Origin: an uncultured virus (IMG/VR IMGVR_UViG_3300025120_000032) | Lineage: Duplodnaviria; Heunggongvirae; Uroviricota; Caudoviricetes | Length of the DNA stretch: 20,000 bases | Strand: one strand, 5' to 3' | Virus record (IMG/VR): IMGVR_UViG_3300025120_000032 | Shown here: positions 17,277 through 20,000 of the stretch, piece by piece | How positions within the stretch are numbered: position 1 is the first letter of the stretch | Layout: each line of letters opens with the position of its first letter | Notes under the pieces: generated by a model | The model's database searches: none | Told to the model about the DNA's origin: nothing | The model's input: the letters and a program-made list of their open reading frames with translations, nothing else | Translations under genes and position numbers: made by a program

Positions 17277-17809
17277 GTCTTGATGCCAATCCAAGCAACA
17301 AGAACGCTTCTTTCTCCTTTCGTTACTGGTGTTACTTTATGAAACCTATTTGATCTGAAGAAGATTGTCTCCCCAACTTCTAAAGATGTTTTTATTTCTG
17401 TGTCTAGTTCATCATATATTATAAAGTCTCCACCTTCTAAATCATTTGACACTTCCATTATTGTAGAGGTAGAGAAAACTCGTGATTTCTTATCATCTCC
17501 AACTTCGTCTCTATGTTTAACAAAATGATCATTCACACCGTATTTTAAATAATCAAACTGAGTTACTTTATAATCATCAGGGTCTAGTGTAACATCCCAT
17601 ATGTTAATCATTTTCAAAAGGATGTTACATATATCTGGATAGTGTTTAGGCATTATATTTTTTTTAATTAGTGTAGATCTTGTGTCTTTGTCTACAGACC
17701 CCTTGCCAACATCATTAACAGGGGCATCTTTCCATCCAGTATTTTCAGATTGCATATCATATAAAGATTGTAGTTCAACATCTTTTCTTTTTAAATAAAG
17801 TTTCTCCAT
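17273..17809 (-). CDS. 2OG-Fe(II) oxygenase (prolyl-4-hydroxylase-like)
   Basis: Y...DHFVKHRD (HxD), LEGGDF, FHKVTPVTKGERSVLVAW (distal His and 2OG-binding Arg). Confidence 0.9.
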   Translation of the reverse strand: MEKLYLKRKDVELQSLYDMQSENTGWKDAPVNDVGKGSVDKDTRSTLIKKNIMPKHYPDICNILLKMINIWDVTLDPDDYKVTQFDYLKYGVNDHFVKHRDEVGDDKKSRVFSTSTIMEVSNDLEGGDFIIYDELDTEIKTSLEVGETIFFRSNRFHKVTPVTKGERSVLVAWIGIKT

Positions 17810-18051
17810 TAGTCCACAGGAAGCATAGCTTGCTTTGGTAAATAGTTTAGCACCATTGCTTCTGCTTCTAGCTTATCTTTTATTGTTGGAGAGATGAACT
17901 TACGCACATCTTCCAGTTCAACTGCAATCTCATCGCAAACGTGTATAATTGCATCCATGTAAGATGATTTATGATTTTTTACTGTTTTTTCTATTAGCAC
18001 CGTGAACTTTGTTTTTGTCAACATATCTTCTTGTGGTTGCATTATCTTCAT
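17809..18051 (-). CDS. gp33: Late transcription coactivator gp33 (start could be 18042 or 18024)
   Basis: F...IEK.V.....SYMDAIIHVC....E.EDV.KFIS..IKDKLEAEA..LNYL. Confidence 0.88.
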   Translation of the reverse strand: MKIMQPQEDMLTKTKFTVLIEKTVKNHKSSYMDAIIHVCDEIAVELEDVRKFISPTIKDKLEAEAMVLNYLPKQAMLPVD

Positions 18052-18496
18052 CTTCCATTTCTATGGTGTAAGTACCTATATCGGGATACCATATCCCTAC
18101 TGTTCTTTTAGGAGTTCCATCAGCATAGTATGCCATGCCTACACACTTGTAGCTTACCAAGTGTTGTCTCTCAGATCCCCATCTACTATCCATGTAGATT
18201 CCAGTTCTAAGATAGTTCTGAAGGTTAGCCAAGTAGACCTCTTCGACTGCATATGCGGATTTCTCTTTTACGTCTTTAGAGTTTTTCCATTTCCTTATAG
18301 ACTGCATTTTAGCTTTAGTATTATTAATCCATCCTCTTACTCGTGGTGGAGCAAAGGGATCTGTATCAGGTAGGTTTCTGATCGATTGATGAACCGAAAG
18401 TTGTTTAGAAGGAGCTTTCGCTTCTCTAGCCTTTGCTAGACGTTCACGCAACTCTTCACGTTGCTCTTCCGAAAGTTGTCTCTTTTTTCTAGCCAT
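17969..18496 (-). CDS. Hypothetical protein with a basic helical N-terminus
   Basis: 175-aa ORF with a GGAG Shine-Dalgarno site and its own promoter. I could not assign a function. Confidence 0.8.
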   Translation of the reverse strand: MARKKRQLSEEQREELRERLAKAREAKAPSKQLSVHQSIRNLPDTDPFAPPRVRGWINNTKAKMQSIRKWKNSKDVKEKSAYAVEEVYLANLQNYLRTGIYMDSRWGSERQHLVSYKCVGMAYYADGTPKRTVGIWYPDIGTYTIEMEDEDNATTRRYVDKNKVHGANRKNSKKS

Positions 18497-18516
18497 TACA
18501 AAATCTCCATAATAAT

Positions 18517-18545
18517 ATTATACCACAATTATTCAATGTTGTCAA
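18517..18545 (-). promoter_or_regulatory. Consensus sigma70 early promoter with extended -10
   Basis: TTGACA-acattgaataattgTGg (17 nt)-TATAAT, then GGAG and the ATG at 18496. Confidence 0.85.
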
Positions 18546-18757
18546 TCTTCGTTAATCTTTAATATTTCTGTATCTCCGCTATCAAGTATTTTATTTTTAA
18601 TATATCCCTGATCACACAAGTAAATAATAGTCTCTTCTATTATCTCTTCCTTCTTCTTGTTTGACCACACATATCCCATCATAAAAGCGCACAAGCATAG
18701 TAATGTAAGTATGACCCACTGTGTAGTCTCAGGATTATCTAAAACATAAGTTAACAT
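18542..18757 (-). CDS. Small hypothetical membrane protein
   Basis: 71 aa with one hydrophobic stretch (WVILTLLCLCAFMMGYVW) followed by KKK. Confidence 0.7.
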   Translation of the reverse strand: MLTYVLDNPETTQWVILTLLCLCAFMMGYVWSNKKKEEIIEETIIYLCDQGYIKNKILDSGDTEILKINED

Positions 18758-19466
18758 ATTTATCTACCTTTTTTAAATCGTTACATATTAAAGAGTCGGG
18801 ACCACCAGTGTTTTTAGAAACTTGTTTCCAGTTTGAAAGTGTCACTAACTTCTTATTATAATGATAGGCTATCTGTTGTCCAAGACCTTCGTAACCTAAA
18901 CATAATGTGCTATTTCGAATCGTTTCGAAAACATAATCTATTGACATTCTATAATGGACTATTTTCACAGGAATGTCAAGGGTATTAATATAACTATCTA
19001 AAGTATCTTTATTTATAGGCATTTTATCATGCTCTACTGGAGCGAGATTATTCCAAGGTGTCCACACACAAAGATACTTGTGATCTAAAGGTTTTTCTTT
19101 AGTTACTAGTTTAGGATATCCTATTTTCTTTGCAACTATATCAGCATTCTCTTTACGCAAAAAGTTAACATACTTATGAGCATACTTTTCAAGTTCACAT
19201 ATTTCAACTTCATATTGAATACAATCGCTGTAGTTATCTAACACATCATAAATGTTTTGTTCATACTCAAAAGAATCAGGCCAAGCATAGTTTTCTTTAT
19301 CAGAAGATACCACATACTTTACTGATATTTTTTTACCTAAGATATATTTTATAGATCTGGCATATGACATAGTTCTTATGATATCACTATAGCCGTAAGA
19401 GTTTTGGGTGATGATAGTAAGCCCATCATCACCTTTTTGAAGCTTTATGTCTTCTTCTAGTCCCAC
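18735..19466 (-). CDS. Hypothetical protein, possibly a GT-B (GT9-like) glycosyltransferase
   Basis: N-terminal GYSDII and C-terminal IRNSTLCLGYEGLGQQIAYHYNKKLVTL resemble the GT9 patterns G.GD and 'I..a.l.iG.dSG..HiA....p.v.l'. By-eye match only. Confidence 0.5.
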   Translation of the reverse strand: MGLEEDIKLQKGDDGLTIITQNSYGYSDIIRTMSYARSIKYILGKKISVKYVVSSDKENYAWPDSFEYEQNIYDVLDNYSDCIQYEVEICELEKYAHKYVNFLRKENADIVAKKIGYPKLVTKEKPLDHKYLCVWTPWNNLAPVEHDKMPINKDTLDSYINTLDIPVKIVHYRMSIDYVFETIRNSTLCLGYEGLGQQIAYHYNKKLVTLSNWKQVSKNTGGPDSLICNDLKKVDKYVNLCFR

Positions 19467-19669
19467 TCATTATCCCATTTTGTGGTGTAATGCATTACTT
19501 CACCGTAGTACTCTTTAGCATATTTAGGAGCATCAGTATAGAAAGGATTGTAAAGTTCTAACTCCTCATCCTTCTTTTTATTTTGCTGACGCTTTATGCC
19601 AGCCTGTTTTCTTTGTTTCAACATTAACGTATCATGTTGTTTCTTAAGTTCGTCAACGAATGTATTCAT
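19457..19669 (-). CDS. Hypothetical protein
   Basis: ORF packed tightly with its neighbours; the likely ATG is at 19669 (MNTFVDE...). Confidence 0.6.
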   Translation of the reverse strand: MNTFVDELKKQHDTLMLKQRKQAGIKRQQNKKKDEELELYNPFYTDAPKYAKEYYGEVMHYTTKWDNEWD

Positions 19670-19838
19670 ACCAACCATTATCCTTTAATCGATTCTTGAA
19701 AAGTATACACTCTTCACTACTTAATGTCAACTCAGTCTTCTTACTTTTGTTGGCAAACTCACGTAGGGTAAACATACCCATTCCATTACTTACAAGACTA
19801 TATTGTTTGTCTTCTTGTTTATCGTTTTTAAAGATCAA
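19653..19838 (-). CDS. Hypothetical protein
   Basis: 61-aa ORF with a TTG start overlapping the upstream TGA. Confidence 0.5.
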   Translation of the reverse strand: MIFKNDKQEDKQYSLVSNGMGMFTLREFANKSKKTELTLSSEECILFKNRLKDNGWYEYIR

Positions 19839-19990
19839 CTTAACTTCACCTTTGGCTTTGAGTATAAATCTCTACGCTTGCTGTCGCTCAATCTTCGAGA
19901 TTTATACCACGCATTATTTTTAGACATAGATCCTGTCTTCACAACGCCAGACCTTTTGATCCTATTGATAAGCCTTTTGATATCCTTCAT
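19835..19990 (-). CDS. Small basic hypothetical protein; the frame stays open to the window edge
   Basis: Hand translation MKDIKRLINRIKRSGVVKTGSMSKNNAWYKSRRLSDSKRRDLYSKPKVKLS*; its stop abuts the next ORF's start. Confidence 0.4.
   Translation of the reverse strand: MKDIKRLINRIKRSGVVKTGSMSKNNAWYKSRRLSDSKRRDLYSKPKVKLS
19862..19907. repeat. Perfect 11-bp inverted repeat with a 24-nt spacer
   Basis: GTATAAATCTC (19862-19872) and GAGATTTATAC (19897-19907). Confidence 0.8.
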
Positions 19991-20000
19991 GCCACGGCCT

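Noticed and set aside
12997..18373. Shadow ORFs at 12997, 13878, 15003 (173 aa), 15564, 16287, 16647 and 18002
   Set aside because: They overlap conserved genes antisense or out of frame, and codon bias on the coding strand can explain them.
18941..18980. TTGACA hexamers on both strands inside the glycosyltransferase-like gene
   Set aside because: On the plus strand the TATAAT is only 3 nt away. On the minus strand the -10 at 17 nt (CATTAT) is poor and lies inside the gene.
19660..19923. 87-aa plus-strand ORF
   Set aside because: It is antisense to a tightly packed run of minus-strand genes.
1..20000. tRNA genes, CRISPR arrays, introns, inteins, homing endonucleases or genetic-code reassignment
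   Set aside because: I saw none. Intergenic gaps are under 90 bp and are largely explained by promoters or a terminator, and the core genes read through intact in the standard code.

Overview
This window comes from an AT-rich T4-like (Tevenvirinae/Kyanoviridae-type) myovirus genome. Gene names are assigned from recalled motifs and synteny, not from database searches. Positions 1-11801 (minus strand) hold a baseplate operon: gp48, gp53, a gp27-like hub gene, gp5 split over three genes, gp25, gp6 and a truncated gp7. Positions 11851-16206 (plus strand) hold gp4, gp2, a gp54/gp19-like gene, gp26, a gp51-like frame missing from the ORF track, and a tape-measure-like gene. Positions 16273-20000 (minus strand) hold gp32, a 2OG-Fe(II) oxygenase, gp33, a glycosyltransferase-like gene and small hypothetical genes. 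Three observations stand out. (1) An apparent programmed -1 frameshift on a T8 run fuses gp26 to the gp51-like frame directly upstream of the tape-measure gene, echoing lambda gpG/gpGT. (2) The split gp5 module carries four peptidoglycan-directed domains, including a probably non-catalytic PGRP-like amidase and a tandem degenerate plus intact M15 peptidase pair. (3) A near-copy of the gp32 sigma70 promoter fires antisense into late gene gp4.
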